NCBI GenBank assembly: GCA_964016885.1
Contig: OZ024740.1
Coordinates: forward strand, 291,152,001 to 291,216,000
Reading direction: 5' to 3'
DNA: 64,000 nt
Source of the DNA: Eledone cirrhosa
Lineage: Eukaryota
The position numbers and the translations under genes were made by a program. Positions 1 through 13,976 of this stretch are shown piece by piece. The notes beneath the pieces were generated by a model. It saw nothing but the letters and a program-made list of their open reading frames with translations. It was not told the origin of the DNA and made no database searches. How positions within the stretch are numbered: the first letter of the stretch is position 1; the number at the start of each line of letters is the position of its first letter.

Positions 1-3000
1 TCTCTCTCTCCTCTCTATTCCTTCCAATCTCTCTCTCCTCTCTATTCCTTCCAATCTCTCTCCTCTCTATTCCTTCCAATCTCTCTCCTCTCTATTCCTT
101 CCAATCTCTCTCTCCTCTCTATTCCTTCCAATCTCTCTCCTCTCTATTCCTTCCAATCTCTCTCTCCTCTCTATTCCTTCCAATCTCTCTCTCCTCTCTA
201 TTCCTTCCAATCTCTCTCCTCTCTATTCCTTCCAATCTCTCTCTCCTCTCTATTCCTTCCAATCTCTCTCCTCTCATTCCTTCCAATCTCTCTCCTCTCT
301 ATTCCTTCCAATCTCTCTCTCCTCTCTATTCCTTCCAATCTCTCTCCTCTCTATTCCTTCCAATCTCTCTCTCTCCTCTCTATTCCTTCCAATCTCTCTC
401 CTCTCTATTCCTTCCAATCTCTCTCTCCTCTCTATTCCTTCCAATCTCTCTCCTCTGTATTCCTTCCAATCTCTCTCTCCTCTGTATTCCTTCCAATCTC
501 TCTCTCCTCTCTATTCCTTCCAATCTCTCTCTCCTCTCTATTCCTTCCAATCTCTCTCCTCTATTCCTTCCAATCTCTCTCTCCTCTCTATTCCTTCCAA
601 TCTCTCTCCTCTCTATTCCTTCCAATCTCTCTCCTCTCTATTCCTTCCAATCTCTCTCTCCTCTCTATTCCTTCCAATCTCTCTCTCCTCTCTATTCCTT
701 CCAATCTCTCTCTCCTCTCTATTCTCAATCTCTCTCCTCTATTCCTTCCAATCTCTCTCTCCTCTCTATTCCTTCCAACTCTCTCTCCTCTCTATTCCTT
801 CCAATCTCTCTCCTCTCTATTCCTTCCAATCTCTCTCCTCTCTATTCCTTCCAATCTCTCTCCCTCTCTATTCCTTCCAATCTCTCTCCTCCTCTATTCC
901 TTCCAATCTCTCTCTCCTCTCTATCCTTCCAATCTCTCTCCCTCATTCCTTCCAATCTCTCTCTCCTCTCTATTCCTTCCAATCTCTCTCCTCTCTATTC
1001 CTTCCAATCTCTCTCTCCTCTCTATTCCTTCCAATCTCTCTCTCCTCTCTATTCCTTCCAATCTCTCTCTCCTCTCTATTCCTTCCAATCTCTCTCCTCT
1101 CTATTCCTTCCAATCTCTCTCTCCTCTCTATTCCTTCCAATCTCTCTCCTCTCTATTCCTTCCAATCTCTCTCTCCTCTCTATTCCTTCCAATCTCTCTC
1201 CTCTCTATTCCTTCCAATCTCTCTCTCCTCTCTATTCCTTCCAATCTCTCTCCTCTCTATTCCTTCCAATCTCTCTCTCCTCTCTATTCCTTCCAATCTC
1301 TCTCTCCTCTCTATTCCTTCCAATCTCTCTCTCCTCTCTATCCTTCCAATCTCTCTCTCCTCTCTATTCCTTCCAATCTCTCTCCTCTCTAATCCTTCCA
1401 ATCTCTCTCTCCTCTCTATTCCTTCCAATCTCTCTCCTCTCTATTCCTTCCAATCTCTCTCTCCTCTCTATTCCTTCCAATCTCTCTCCTCTCTATTCCT
1501 TCCAATCTCTCTCTCCTCTCTATTCCTTCCAATCTCTCTCCTCTCTATTCCTTCCAATCTCTCTCCTCTCTATTCCTTCCAATCTCTCTCCTCTCTACTC
1601 CTTCCAATCTCTCTCTCCTCTCTATTCCTTCCAATCTCTCTCCTCTCTATTCCTTCCAATCTCTCTCTCCTCTCTATTCCTTCCAATCTCTCTCCTCTCT
1701 ATTCCTTCCAATCTCTCTCTCCTCTCTATTCCTTCCAATCTCTCTCTCCTCTCTATTCCTTCCAATCTCTCTCTCCTCTCTATTCCTTCCAATCTCTCTC
1801 TCCTCTCTATTCCTTCCAATCTCTCTCTCCTCTCTATTCCTTCCAATCTCTCTCTCCTCTCTATTCCTTCCAATCTCTCTCTCCTCTCTATTCCTTCCAA
1901 TCTCTCTCTCCTCTCTATTCCTTCCAATCTCTCTCCTCTCTATCCTTCCAATCTCTCTCTCCTCTCTATTCCTTCCAATCTCTCTCCTCTCTATTCCTTC
2001 CAATCTCTCTCTCCTCTCTATTCCTTCCAATCTCTCTCCTCTCTATTCCTTCCAATCTCTCTCTCCTCTCTATTCCTTCCAATCTCTCTCCTCTCTATTC
2101 CTTCCAATCTCTCTCTCCTCTCTATTCCTTCCAATCTCTCTCTCTCTATTCCTTCCAATCTCTCTCTCCTCTCTATTCCTTCCAATCTCTCTCCTCTCTA
2201 TTCCTTCCAATCTCTCTCTCCTCTCTATTCCTTCCAATCTCTCTCTCCTCTCTATTCCTTCCAATCTCTCTCTCCTCTCTATTCCTTCCAATCTCTCTCT
2301 CCTCTCTATTCCTTCCAATCTCTCTCTCCTCTCTATTCCTTCCAATCTCTCTCTCCTCTCTATTCCTTCCAATCTCTCTCTCCTCTCTATTCCTTCCAAT
2401 CTCTCTCTCCTCTCTATTCCTTCCAATCTCTCTCTCCTCTCTATTCCTTCCAATCTCTCTCTCCTCTCTATTCCTTCCAATCTCTCTCCTCTCTATTCCT
2501 TCCAATCTCTCTCTCCTCTCTATTCCTTCCAATCTCTCTCTCCTCTCTATTCCTTCCAATCTCTCTCTCCTCTCTATTCCTTCCAATCTCTCTCTCCTCT
2601 CTATTCCTTCCAATCTCTCTCTCCTCTCTATTCCTTCCAATCTCTCTCCTCTCTATTCCTTCCAATCTCTCTCTCCTCTCTATTCCTTCCAATCTCTCTC
2701 TCCTCTCTATTCCTTCCAATCTCTCTCTCCTCTCTATTCCTTCCAATCTCTCTCCTCTCTACTCCTTCCAATCTCTCTCTCCTCTTATTCCTTCCAATCT
2801 CTCTCCTCTCTACTCCTTCCAATCTCTCTCTCCTCTCTATTCCTTCCAATCTCTCTCCTCTCTATTCCTTCCAATCTCTCTCTCCTCTCTATTCCTTCCA
2901 ATCTCTCTCTCCTCTCTATTCCTTCCAATCTCTCTCCTCTCTATTCCTTCCAATCTCTCTCTCCTCTCTATTCCTTCCAATCTCTCTCTCCTCTCTCTCC

Positions 3001-6000
3001 CTCTATTCCTTCCAATCTCTCTCTCCTCTCTATTCCTTCCAATCTCTCTCCTCTCTATTCCTTCCAATCTCTCTCTCCTCTCTATTCCTTCCAATCTCTC
3101 TCTCCTCTGTATTCCTTCNNNNNNNNNNNNNNNNNNNNNNNNNNNNNNNNNNNNNNNNNNNNNNNNNNNNNNNNNNNNNNNNNNNNNNNNNNNNNNNNNN
3201 NNNNNNNNNNNNNNNNNNNNNNNNNNNNNNNNNNNNNNNNNNNNNNNNNNNNNNNNNNNNNNNNNNNNNNNNNNNNNNNNNNNNNNNNNNNNNNNNNNNN
3301 NNNNNNNNNNNNNNNNNNTCTGTATTCCTTCCAATCTCTCTCTCCTCTCTATTCCTTCCAATCTCTCTCTCCTCTCTATTCCTTCCAATCTCTCTCTCCT
3401 CTCTATTCCTTCCAAACTCTCTCCTCTTATCCTTCCAACTCTCTCTCCTCTCTATTCCTTCCAATCTCTCTCTCCTCTCTATTCCTTCCAATCTCTCTCT
3501 CCTCTCTATTCCTTCCAATCTCTCTCCTCTCTATTCCTTCCAATCTCTCTCTCCTCACTATTCCTTCCAACTCTCTCCTCTCCTATTCCTTCCAATCTCT
3601 CTCACCCTCTCTAATCCTTCCAATCTCTCTCCTCTCTATCCTTCCAATCTCTCTCTCCTCTCTATTCCTTCCAATCTCTCTCTCCTCTCTATTCCTTCCA
3701 AACTCTCTCTCCTCTCTATTCCTTCCAATCTCTCTCCTCTCTATTCCTTCCAATCTCTCTCTCCTCTCTATTCCTTCCAATCTCTCTCCTCTCTATTCCT
3801 TCCAATCTCTCTCTCCTCTCTATTCCTTCCAATCTCTCTCCTCTCTATTCCTTCCAATCTCTCTCCTCTCTATTCCTTCCAATCTCTCTCCTCTCTATTC
3901 CTTCCAATCTCTCTCTCCTCTCTATTCCTTCCAATCTCTCTCTCCTCTCTATTCCTTCCAATCTCTCTCTCCTCTCTATTCCTTCCAATCTCTCTCTCCT
4001 CTCTATTCCTTCCAATCTCTCTCTCCTCTCTATTCCTTCCAATCTCTCTCTCCTCTGTATTCCTTCCAATCTCTCTCCTCTCTACTCCTTCCAATCTCTC
4101 TCTCCTCTCTATTCCTTCCAATCTCTCTCCTCTCTATTCCTTCCAATCTCTCTCTCCTCTCTATTCCTTCCAATCTCTCTCCTCTGTATTCCTTCCAATC
4201 TCTCTCTCCTCTCTATTCCTTCCAATCTCTCTCCTCTCTATTCCTTCCAATCTCTCTCCTCTCTATTCCTTCCAATCTCTCTCCTCTCTATTCCTTCCAA
4301 TCTCTCTCTCCTCTCTATTCCTTCCAATCTCTCTCCTCTCTATTCCTTCCAATCTCTCTCTCCTCTCTATTCCTTCCAATCTCTCTCTCCTCTCTATTCC
4401 TTCCAATCTCTCTCTCCTCTCTATTCCTTCCAATCTCTCTCTCCTCTCTATTCCTTCCAATCTCTCTCTCCTCTCTATTCCTTCCAATCTCTCTCTCCTC
4501 TCTATTCCTTCCAATCTCTCTCTCCTCTCTATTCCTTCCAATCTCTCTCTCCTCTCTATTCCTTCCAATCTCTCTCTCCTCTCTATTCCTTCCAATCTCT
4601 CTCTCCTCTCTTATTCCTTCCAATCTCTCTCCTCTCTATTCCTTCCAATCTCTCTCTCCTCTCTATTCCTTCCAATCTCTCTCCTCTCTATTCCTTCCAA
4701 TCTCTCTCTCCTCTCTATTCCTTCCAATCTCTCTCCTCTGTATTCCTTCCAATCTCTCTCTCCTCTCTATTCCTTCCAATCTCTCTCCTCTCTATTCCTT
4801 CCAATCTCTCTCCTCTCTATTCCTTCCAATCTCTCTCCTCTCTACTCCTTCCAATCTCTCTCTCCTCTCTATTCCTTCCAATCTCTCTCCTCTCTATTCC
4901 TTCCAATCTCTCTCTCCTCTCTATTCCTTCCAATCTCTCTCTCCTCTCTATTCCTTCCAATCTCTCTCTCCTCTCTATTCCTTCCAATCTCTCTCTCCTC
5001 TCTATTCCTTCCAATCTCTCTCTCCTCTCTATTCCTTCCAATCTCTCTCTCCTCTCTATTCCTTCCAATCTCTCTCTCCTCTCTATTCCTTCCAATCTCT
5101 CTCTCTCCTCTCTATTCCTTCCAATCTCTCTCTCCTCTCTATTCCTTCCAATCTCTCTCTCCTCTCTACTCCTTCCAATCTCTCTCCTCTCTATTCCTTC
5201 CAATCTCTCTCCTCTCTATTCCTTCCAATCTCTCTCTCCTCTCTATTCCTTCCAATCTCTCTCTCCTCTCTATTCCTTCCAATCTCTCTCTCCTCTCTAT
5301 TCCTTCCAATCTCTCTCTCCTCTCTATTCCTTCCAATCTCTCTCCTCTCTACTCCTTCCAATCTCTCTCTCCTCTCTATTCCTTCCAATCTCTCTCTCCT
5401 CTCTATTCCTTCCAATCTCTCTCTCCTCTCTATTCCTTCCAATCTCTCTCCTCTCTACTCCTTCCAATCTCTCTCTCCTCTTATTCCTTCCAATCTCTCT
5501 CCTCTCTACTCCTTCCAATCTCTCTCTCCTCTCTATTCCTTCCAATCTCTCTCCTCTCTACTCCTTCCAATCTCTCTCTCCTCTCTACTCCTTCCAATCT
5601 CTCTCTCCTCTCTATTCCTTCCAATCTCTCTCCTCTCTATTCCTTCCAATCTCTCTCTCCTCTCTATTCCTTCCAATCTCTCTCTCTCTCTCGCTCTATT
5701 CCTTCCAATCTCTCTCTCCTCTCTATTCCTTCCAATCTCTCTCCTCTCTACTCCTTCCAATCTCTCTCTCCTCTCTATTCCTTCCAATCTCTCTCTCCTC
5801 TGTATTCCTTCCAATCTCTCTCCTCTCTACTCCTTCCAATCTCTCTCTCCTCTCTATTCCTTCCAATCTCTCTCCTCTCTATTCCTTCCAATCTCTCTCT
5901 CCTCTCTATTCCTTCCAATCTCTCTCCTCTCTATTCCTTCCAATCTCTCTCTCCTCTCTATTCCTTCCAATCTCTCTCCTCTCTATTCCTTCCAATCTCT

Positions 6001-9000
6001 CTCTCCTCTCTATTCCTTCCAATCTCTCTCTCCTCTCTATTCCTTCCAATCTCTCTCTCCTCTCTATTCCTTCCAATCTCTCTCTCCTCTCTATTCCTTC
6101 CAATCTCTCTCTCCTCTCTATTCCTTCCAATCTCTCTCCTCTCTATTCCTTCCAATCTCTCTCCTCTCTATTCCTTCCAATCTCTCTCTCCTCTCTATTC
6201 CTTCCAATCTCTCTCCTCTGTATTCCTTCCAATCTCTCTCTCCTCTCTATTCCTTCCAATCTCTCTCTCCTCTCTATTCCTTCCAATCTCTCTCCTCTCT
6301 ACTCCTTCCAATCTCTCTCCTCTCTATTCCTTCCAATCTCTCTCCTCTCTATTCCTTCCAATCTCTCTCTCCTCTCTATTCCTTCCAATCTCTCTCTCCT
6401 CTCTATTCCTTCCAATCTCTCTCCTCTCTATTCCTTCCAATCTCTCTCTCCTCTCTATTCCTTCCAATCTCTCTCCTCTGTATTCCTTCCAATCTCTCTC
6501 TCCTCTCTATTCCTTCCAATCTCTCTCCTCTGTATTCCTTCCAATCTCTCTCCTCTCTATTCCTTCCAATCTCTCTCCTCTGTATTCCTTCCAATCTCTC
6601 TCTCCTCTCTATTCCTTCCAATCTCTCTCTCCTCTGTATTCCTTCCAATCTCTCTCCTCTCTATTCCTTCCAATCTATCTCCTCTGTATTCCTTCCAATC
6701 TCACTCTCCTCTCTATTCCTTCCAATCTCTCTCTCCTCTGTATTCCTTCCAATCTCTCTCCTCTCTATTCCTTCCAATCTCTCTCCTCTGTATTCCTTCC
6801 AATCTCTCTCCTCTCTATTCCTTCCAATCTCTCTCTCCTCTCTATTCCTTCCAATCTCTCTCTCCTCTCTATTCCTTCCAATCTCTCTCTCCTCTCTATT
6901 CCTTCCAATCTCTCTCCTCTCTATTCCTTCCAATCTCTCTCCTCTGTATTCCTTCCAATCTCTCTCTCCTCTCTATTCCTTCCAATCTCTCTCTCCTCTC
7001 TATTCCTTCCAATCTCTCTCTCCTCTCTATTCCTTCCAATCTCTCTCCTCAGTATTCCTTCCAATCTCTCTCTCCTCTCTATTCCTTCCAATCTCTCTCC
7101 TCTCTATTCCTTCCAATCTCTCTCCTCTGTATTCCTTCCAATCTCTCTCTCCTCTCTATTCCTTCCAATCTCTCTCTCCTCTCTATTCCTTCCAATCTCT
7201 CTCTCCTCTCTATTCCTTCCAATCTCTCTCCTCTCTATTCCTTCCAATCTCTCTCTCCTCTCTATTCCTTCCAATCTCTCTCCTCTGTATTCCTTCCAAT
7301 CTCTCTCTCCTCTCTATTCCTTCCAATCTCTCTCTCTCTCTCTATTCCTTCCAATCTCTCTCTCCTCTCTATTCCTTCCAATCTCTCTCCTCAGTATTCC
7401 TTCCAATCTCTCTCTCCTCTCTATTCCTTCCAATCTCTCTCCTCTCTATTCCTTCCAATCTCTCTCCTCTGTATTCCTTCCAATCTCTCTCTCCTCTCTA
7501 TTCCTTCCAATCTCTCTCTCCTCTCTATTCCTTCCAATCTCTCTCTCCTCTCTATTCCTTCCAATCTCTCTCCTCTCTATTCCTTCCAATCTCTCTCTCC
7601 TCTCTATTCCTTCCAATCTCTCTCCTCTGTATTCCTTCCAATCTCTCTCTCCTCTGTATTCCTTCCAATCTCTCTCTCCTCTCTATTCCTTCCAATCTCT
7701 CTCTCCTCTCTATTCCTTCCAATCTCTCTCCTCTCTATTCCTTCCAATCTCTCTCTCCTCTCTATTCCTTCCAATCTCTCTCCTCTCTATTCCTTCCAAT
7801 CTCTCTCCTCTGTATTCCTTCCAATCTCTCTCTCCTCTCTATTCCTTCCAATCTCTCTCTCCTCTCTATTCCTTCCAATCTCTCTCTCCTCTCTATTCCT
7901 TCCAATCTCTCTCCTCTGTATTCCTTCCAATCTCTCTCTCCTCTCTATTCCTTCCAATCTCTCTCTCCTCTCTATTCCTTCCAATCTCTCTCTCCTCTCT
8001 ATTCCTTCCAATCTCTCTCCTCTCTATTCCTTCCAATCTCTCTCTCCTCTGTATTCCTTCCAATCTCTCTCCTCTGTATTCCTTCCAATCTCTCTCTCCT
8101 CTCTATTCCTTCCAATCTCTCTCCTCTCTATTCCTTCCAATCTCTCTCTCCTCTCTATTCCTTCCAATCTCTCTCCTCTCTATTCCTTCCAATCTCTCTC
8201 TCCTCTCTATTCCTTCCAATCTCTCTCCTCTGTATTCCTTCCAATCTCTCTCTCCTCTCTATTCCTTCCAATCTCTCTCCTCTGTATTCCTTCCAATCTC
8301 TCTCTCCTCTCTATTCCTTCCAATCTCTCTCGCCTCTCTATTCCTTCCAATCTCTCTCTCCTCTCTATTCCTTCCAATCTCTCTCTCCTCTCTATTCCTT
8401 CCAATCTCTCTCCTCTCTATTCCTTCCAATCTCTCTCTCCTCTCTATTCCTTCCAATCTCTCTCCTCTGTATTCCTTCCAATCTCTCTCTTCTCTCTATT
8501 CCTTCCAATCTCTCTCTCCTCTCTATTCCTTCCAATCTCTCTCCTCTGTATTCCTTCCAATCTCTCTCCTCTCTATTCCTTCCAATCTCTCTCCTCTCTA
8601 TTCCTTCCAATCTCTCTCTCCTCTCTATTCCTTCCAATCTCTCTCTCCTCTCTATTCCTTCCAATCTCTCTCTCCTCTCTATTCCTTCCAATCTCTCTCT
8701 CCTCTCTATTCCTTCCAATCTCTCTCTCCTCTCTATTCCTTCCAATCTCTCTCCTCTCTATTCCTTCCAATCTCTCTCTCCTCTCTATTCCTTCCAATCT
8801 CTCTCCTCTGTATTCCTTCCAATCTCTCTCCTCTCTATTCCTTCCAATCTCTCTCCTCTCTATTCCTTCCAATCTCTCTCTCCTCTCTATTCCTTCCAAT
8901 CTCTCTCTCCTCTCTATTCCTTCCAATCTCTCTCCTCTCTACTCCTTCCAATCTCTCTCTCCTCTCTATTCCTTCCAATCTCTCTCCTCTCTATTCCTTC

Positions 9001-12000
9001 CAATCTCTCTCTCCTCTCTATTCCTTCCAATCTCTCTCCTCTGTATTCCTTTCAATCTCTCTCTCCTCTCTATTCCTTCCAATCTCTCTCCTCTCTATTC
9101 CTTCCAATCTCTCTCCTCTGTATTCCTTCCAATCTCTCTCCTCTCTACTCCTTCCAATCTCTCTCTCCTCTGTATTCCTTCCAATCTCTCTCCTCTCTAT
9201 TCCTTCCAATCTCTCTCTCCTCTCTATTCCTTCCAATCTCTCTCTCCTCTCTATTCCTTCCAATCTCTCTCTCCTCTGTATTCCTTCCAATCTCTCTCTC
9301 CTCTCTATTCCTTCCAATCTCTCTCCTCTGTATTCCTTCCAATCTCTCTCTCCTCTCTATTCCTTCCAATCTCTCTCTCCTCTCTATTCCTTCCAATCTC
9401 TCTCTCCGCTCTATTCCTTCCAATCTCTCTCTCCTCTCTACTCCTTCCAATCTCTCTCTCCTCTCTATTCCTTCCAATCTCTCTCTCCTCTCTATTCCTT
9501 CCAATCTCTCTCTCCGCTCTATTCCTTCCAGTCTCTCTCTCCTCTCTATTCCTTCCAATCTCTCTCCTCTCTACTCCTTCCAATCTCTCTCTCCTCTCTA
9601 TTCCTTCCAATCTCTCTCTCCTCTCTATTCCTTCCAATCTCTCTCTCCTCTCTATTCCTTCCAATCTCTCTTCTCTCTATTCCTTCCAATCTCTCTCCTC
9701 TCTATTCCTTCCAATCTCTCTCTCCTCTCTATTCCTTCCAATCTCTCTCTCCTCTCTATTCCTTCCAATCTCTCTCCTCTCTATTCCTTCCAATCTCTCT
9801 CTCCTCTCTATTCCTTCCAATCTCTCTCCTCTGTATTCCTTCCAATCTCTCTCCTCTCTATTCCTTCCAATCTCTCTCCTCTCTATTCCTTCCAATCTCT
9901 CTCTCCTCTCTATTCCTTCCAATCTCTCTCTCCTCTCTATTCCTTCCAATCTCTCTCTCCTCTCTATTCCTTCCAATCTCTCTCTCCTCTCTATTCCTTC
10001 CAATCTCTCTCTCCTCTCTATTCCTTCCAATCTCTCTCTCCTCTGTATTCCTTCCAATCTCTCTCCTCTCTACTCCTTCCAATCTCTCTCTCCTCTCTAT
10101 TCCTTCCAATCTCTCTCCTCTCTATTCCTTCCAATCTCTCTCTCCTCTCTTTTCCTTCCAATCTCTCTCCTCTGTATTCCATCCAATCTCTCTCTCCTCT
10201 CTATTCCTTCCAATCTCTCTCCTCTCTATTCCTTCCAATCTCTCTCCTCTCTATTCCTTCCAATCTCTCTCCTCTCTACTCCTTCCAATCTCTCTCTCCT
10301 CTGTATTCCTTCCAATCTCTCTCCTCTCTATTCCTTCCAATCTCTCTCTCCTCTCTATTCCTTCCAATCTCTCTCTCCTCTCTATTCCTTCCAATCTCTC
10401 TCTCCTCTCTATTCCTTCCAATCTCTCTCTCCTCTCTATTCCTTCCAATCTCTCTCTCCTCTCTATTCCTTCCAATCTCTCTCTCCTCTCTACTCCTTCC
10501 AATCTCTCTCTCCTCTCTATTCCTTCCAATCTCTCTCTCCGCTCTATTCCTTCCAATCTCTCTCTCCTCTCTACTCCTTCCAATCTCTCTCTCCTCTCTA
10601 TTCCTTCCAATCTCTCTCTCCTCTCTATTCCTTCCAATCTCTCTCTCCTCTCTATTCCTTCCAATCTCTCTCTCCGCTCTATTCCTTCCAATCTCTCTCT
10701 CCTCTCTATTCCTTCCAATCTCTCTCCTCTCTACTCCTTCCAATCTCTCTCTCCTCTCTATTCCTTCCAATCTCTCTCTCCTCTCTATTCCTTCCAATCT
10801 CTCTCTCCTCTCTATTCCTTCCAATCTCTCTCCTCTCTACTCCTTCCAATCTCTCTCTCCTCTCTATTCCTTCCAATCTCTCTCTCCTCTCTATTCCTTC
10901 CAATCTCTCTCTCCGCTCTATTCCTTCCAATCTCTCTCTCCTCTCTATTCCTTCCAATCTCTCTCCTCTCTACTCCTTCCAATCTCTCTCTCCTCTCTAT
11001 TCCTTCCAATCTCTCTCCTCTCTATTCCTTCCAATCTCTCTCTCCTCTCTATTCCTTCCAATCTCTCTCTCCTCTCTATTCCTTCCAATCTCTCTCTCCG
11101 CTCTATTCCTTCCAATCTCTCTCTCCTCTCTATTCCTTCCAATCTCTCTCCTCTCTACTCCTTCCAATCTCTCTCTCCTCTCTATTCCTTCCAATCTCTC
11201 TCTCCTCTCTATTCCTTCCAATCTCTCTCTCCTCTCTATTCCTTCCAATCTCTCTCCTCTCTACTCCTTCCAATCTCTCTCTCCTCTCTATTCCTTCCAA
11301 TCTCTCTCTCCGCTCTATTCCTTCCAATCTCTCTCCTCTGTATTCCTTCCAATCTCTCTCCTCTCTACTCCTTCCAATCTCTCTCTCCTCTCTATTCCTT
11401 CCAATCTCTCTCTCCTCTCTATTCCTTCCAATCTCTCTCTCCTCTCTATTCCTTCCAATCTCTCTCTCCGCTCTATTCCTTCCAATCTCTCTCCTCTGTA
11501 TTCCTTCCAATCTCTCTCCTCTCTACTCCTTCCAATCTCTCTCTCCTCTCTATTCCTTCCAATCTCTCTCTCCTCTCTATTCCTTCCAATCTCTCTCTCC
11601 TCTCTATTCCTTCCAATCTCTCTCTCCTCTCTATTCCTTCCAATCTCTCTCTCCTCTCTATTCCTTCCAATCTCTCTCTCCTCTCTATTCCTTCCAATCT
11701 CTCTCCTCTCCATTCCTTCCAATCTCTCTCTCCTCTCTATTCCTTCCAATCTCTCTCTCCTCTCTATTCCTTCCAATCTCTCTCCGCTCTATTCCTTCCA
11801 ATCTCTCTCCTCTGTATTCCTTCCAATCTCTCTCCTCTCTACTCCTTCCAATCTCTCTCTCCTCTCTATTCCTTCCAATCTCTCTCTCCTCTCTATTCCT
11901 TCCAATCTCTCTCTCCTCTCTACTCCTTCCAATCTCTCTCTCCTCTCTATTCCTTCCAATCTCTCTCTCCTCTCTATTCCTTCCAATCTCTCTCTCCTCT

Positions 12001-13478
12001 CTATTCCTTCCAATCTCTCTCTCCTCTCTATTCCTTCCAATCTCTCTCTCCTCTCTATTCCTTCCAATCTCTCTCCTCTCTATTCCTTCCAATCTCTCTC
12101 CTCTCTATTCCTTCCAATCTCTCTCTCCTCTCTACTCCTTCCAATCTCTCTCTCCTCTCTATTCCTTCCAATCTCTCTCCGCTCTATTCCTTCCAATCTC
12201 TCTCTCCTCTCTATTCCTTCCAATCTCTCTCTCCTCTCTATTCCTTCCAATCTCTCTCCTCTCTACTCCTTCCAATCTCTCTCTCCTCTCTATTCCTTCC
12301 AATCTCTCTCTCCTCTCTATTCCTTCCAATCTCTCTCTCCTCTCTATTCCTTCCAATCTCTCTCCTTTCTATTCCTTCCAATCTCTCTCCTCTCTATTCC
12401 TTCCAATCTCTCTCTCCTCTGTATTCCTTCCAATCTCTCTCTCCTCTCTATTCCTTCCAATCTCTCTCCTCTCTACTCTTTCCAATCTCTCTCCTCTCTA
12501 CTCCTTCCAATCTCTCTCTCCTCTCTACTCCTTCCAATCTCTCTCTCCTCTCTATTCCTTCCAATCTCTCTCTCCTCTCTATTCCTTCCAATCTCTCTCT
12601 CCTCTCTACTCCTTCCAATCTCTCTCTCCTCTCTACTCCTTCCAATCTCTCTCTCCTCTCTATTCCTTCCAATCTCTCTCTCCTCTCTACTCCTTCCAAT
12701 CTCTCTCTCCTCTCTATTCCTTCCAATCTCTCTCCTCTCTACTCCTTCCAATCTCTCTCTCCTCTCTATTCCTTCCAATCTCTCTCTCCTCTCTATTCCT
12801 TCCAATCTCTCTCTCCTCTCTATTCCTTCCAATCTCTCTCCTCTCTATTCCTTCCAATCTCTCCCCTCTCTACTCCTTCCAATCTCTCTCTCCTCTCTAT
12901 TCCTTCCCATCTCTCTCCCCTCTCTACTCCTTCCAGTATTTCTCCTCTCTACTCCTTCCAATCTCCTTGCTCTCTATTCCTTCCAATCTCGCTGCTCTCT
13001 ATTCCTTCCAATCTCTCTCTCCTCTCTATTCCTTCCAATCTCTCTCTCCTCTCTATTCCTTCCAATCTCTCTGCTCTCTATTCCTTCCAATCTCTCTCTC
13101 CTCTCTATTCCTTCCAATCTCTCTCTCCTCTCTATTCCTTCCAATCTCTCTCTCCTCTCTATTCCTTCCAATCTCTCTGCTCTCTATTCCTTCCAATCTC
13201 TCTCTCCTCTCTATTCCTTCCAATCTCTCTCTCCTCTCTATTCCTTCCAATCTCTCTCTCCTCTCTATTCCTTCCAATCTCTCTGCTCTCTATTCCTTCC
13301 AATCTCTCTCTCCTCTCTATTCCTTCCAATCTCTCTCTCCTCTCTATTCCTTCCAATCTCTCTCCTCTCTACTCCTTCCAATCTCTCTCTCCTCTCTACT
13401 CCTTCCAATCTCTCTCTCCTCTCTATTCCTTCCAATCTCTCTCTCCTCTCTACTCCTTCCAATCTCTCTCTGCTCTCA
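1..13478. repeat. Pyrimidine-rich satellite, 25/27-bp unit CTCTCTATTCCTTCCAATCTCTCT(CT)C; runs off the left edge of the window
   Basis: Hundreds of tandem units differing mainly by one CT dinucleotide. Variants CTGTA, CTACT, CCGCT and CTGCT are regionally clustered. All overlapping ORF calls are repeat translations. Confidence 0.99.
3119..3318. other. Assembly gap (200 N)
   Basis: Run of N inside the satellite. Confidence 0.99.
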
Positions 13479-13725
13479 ATTCCTTTCGAGATGAATTTTA
13501 CCTCTTATCTTTTCAAGGTTGATAAATAAAGTACCAGTCAAGTACTGGGGTAAATTCTTCCTCTATATCTCTTCTCTTTCACTTCACCTCTATTACTCTC
13601 TTTTCTTCTATGGAAGACATTGTGTTCAGATCTGATGAGTGATGGATTCCACCAATTTAAAATGCAAGTGAAATGCCATATGCCCCTACAGTGCCCCTAT
13701 GACTCTACTAGGATTTATGGGCTCA
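13479..13725 (+). mobile_element. Long-type tRNA-derived SINE with head replaced by the satellite
   Basis: Core ...TCAAGGTTGATAAATAAAGTACCAGT and tail ...CCCCTATGACTCTACTAGGA, homologous to the copy at 22055-22390. Confidence 0.75.
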
Positions 13726-13799
13726 TCATCGTAATTGCTTTACTGTTTACCAGCTTATCATCACATATTGCTCTATGTATCTATCCAGTATTATTTGTG

Positions 13800-13976
13800 G
13801 GGCGGTGGATTGTCAGTATTGTTAGAGGGTCGGACACCATGCTTTGATGCATAGAGTTACGGCACTTGCCATTCTGAGTTCAAATCCCGGCGAGGTTAAC
13901 TTTACCTTTCATTCTTATGGGGTTGATAAAATAAAGTACCAGTAATTGCCTTGTGCCAAAAGTAGAAACAATTATT
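13800..13976 (+). mobile_element. tRNA-derived SINE, short type (Deu/Nin-like core)
   Basis: A-box-like GGTGGATTGTCAGTA, B-box GAGTTCAAATCCC, core TTTCATTCTTATGGGGTTGATAAAATAAAGTACCAG, tail GTGCCAAAAGTAGAAACAATTATT. Confidence 0.85.

Noticed and set aside
380-13494. Dozens of Arg/Glu-rich ORFs (EGIERRERL, IGRNREE)
   Set aside because: They are translations of the 25/27-bp satellite; frames shift with unit length and the starts are not ATG.
13800-13900. tRNA genes at A/B-box motifs
   Set aside because: These are SINE heads attached to core and tail domains; there is no complete cloverleaf.
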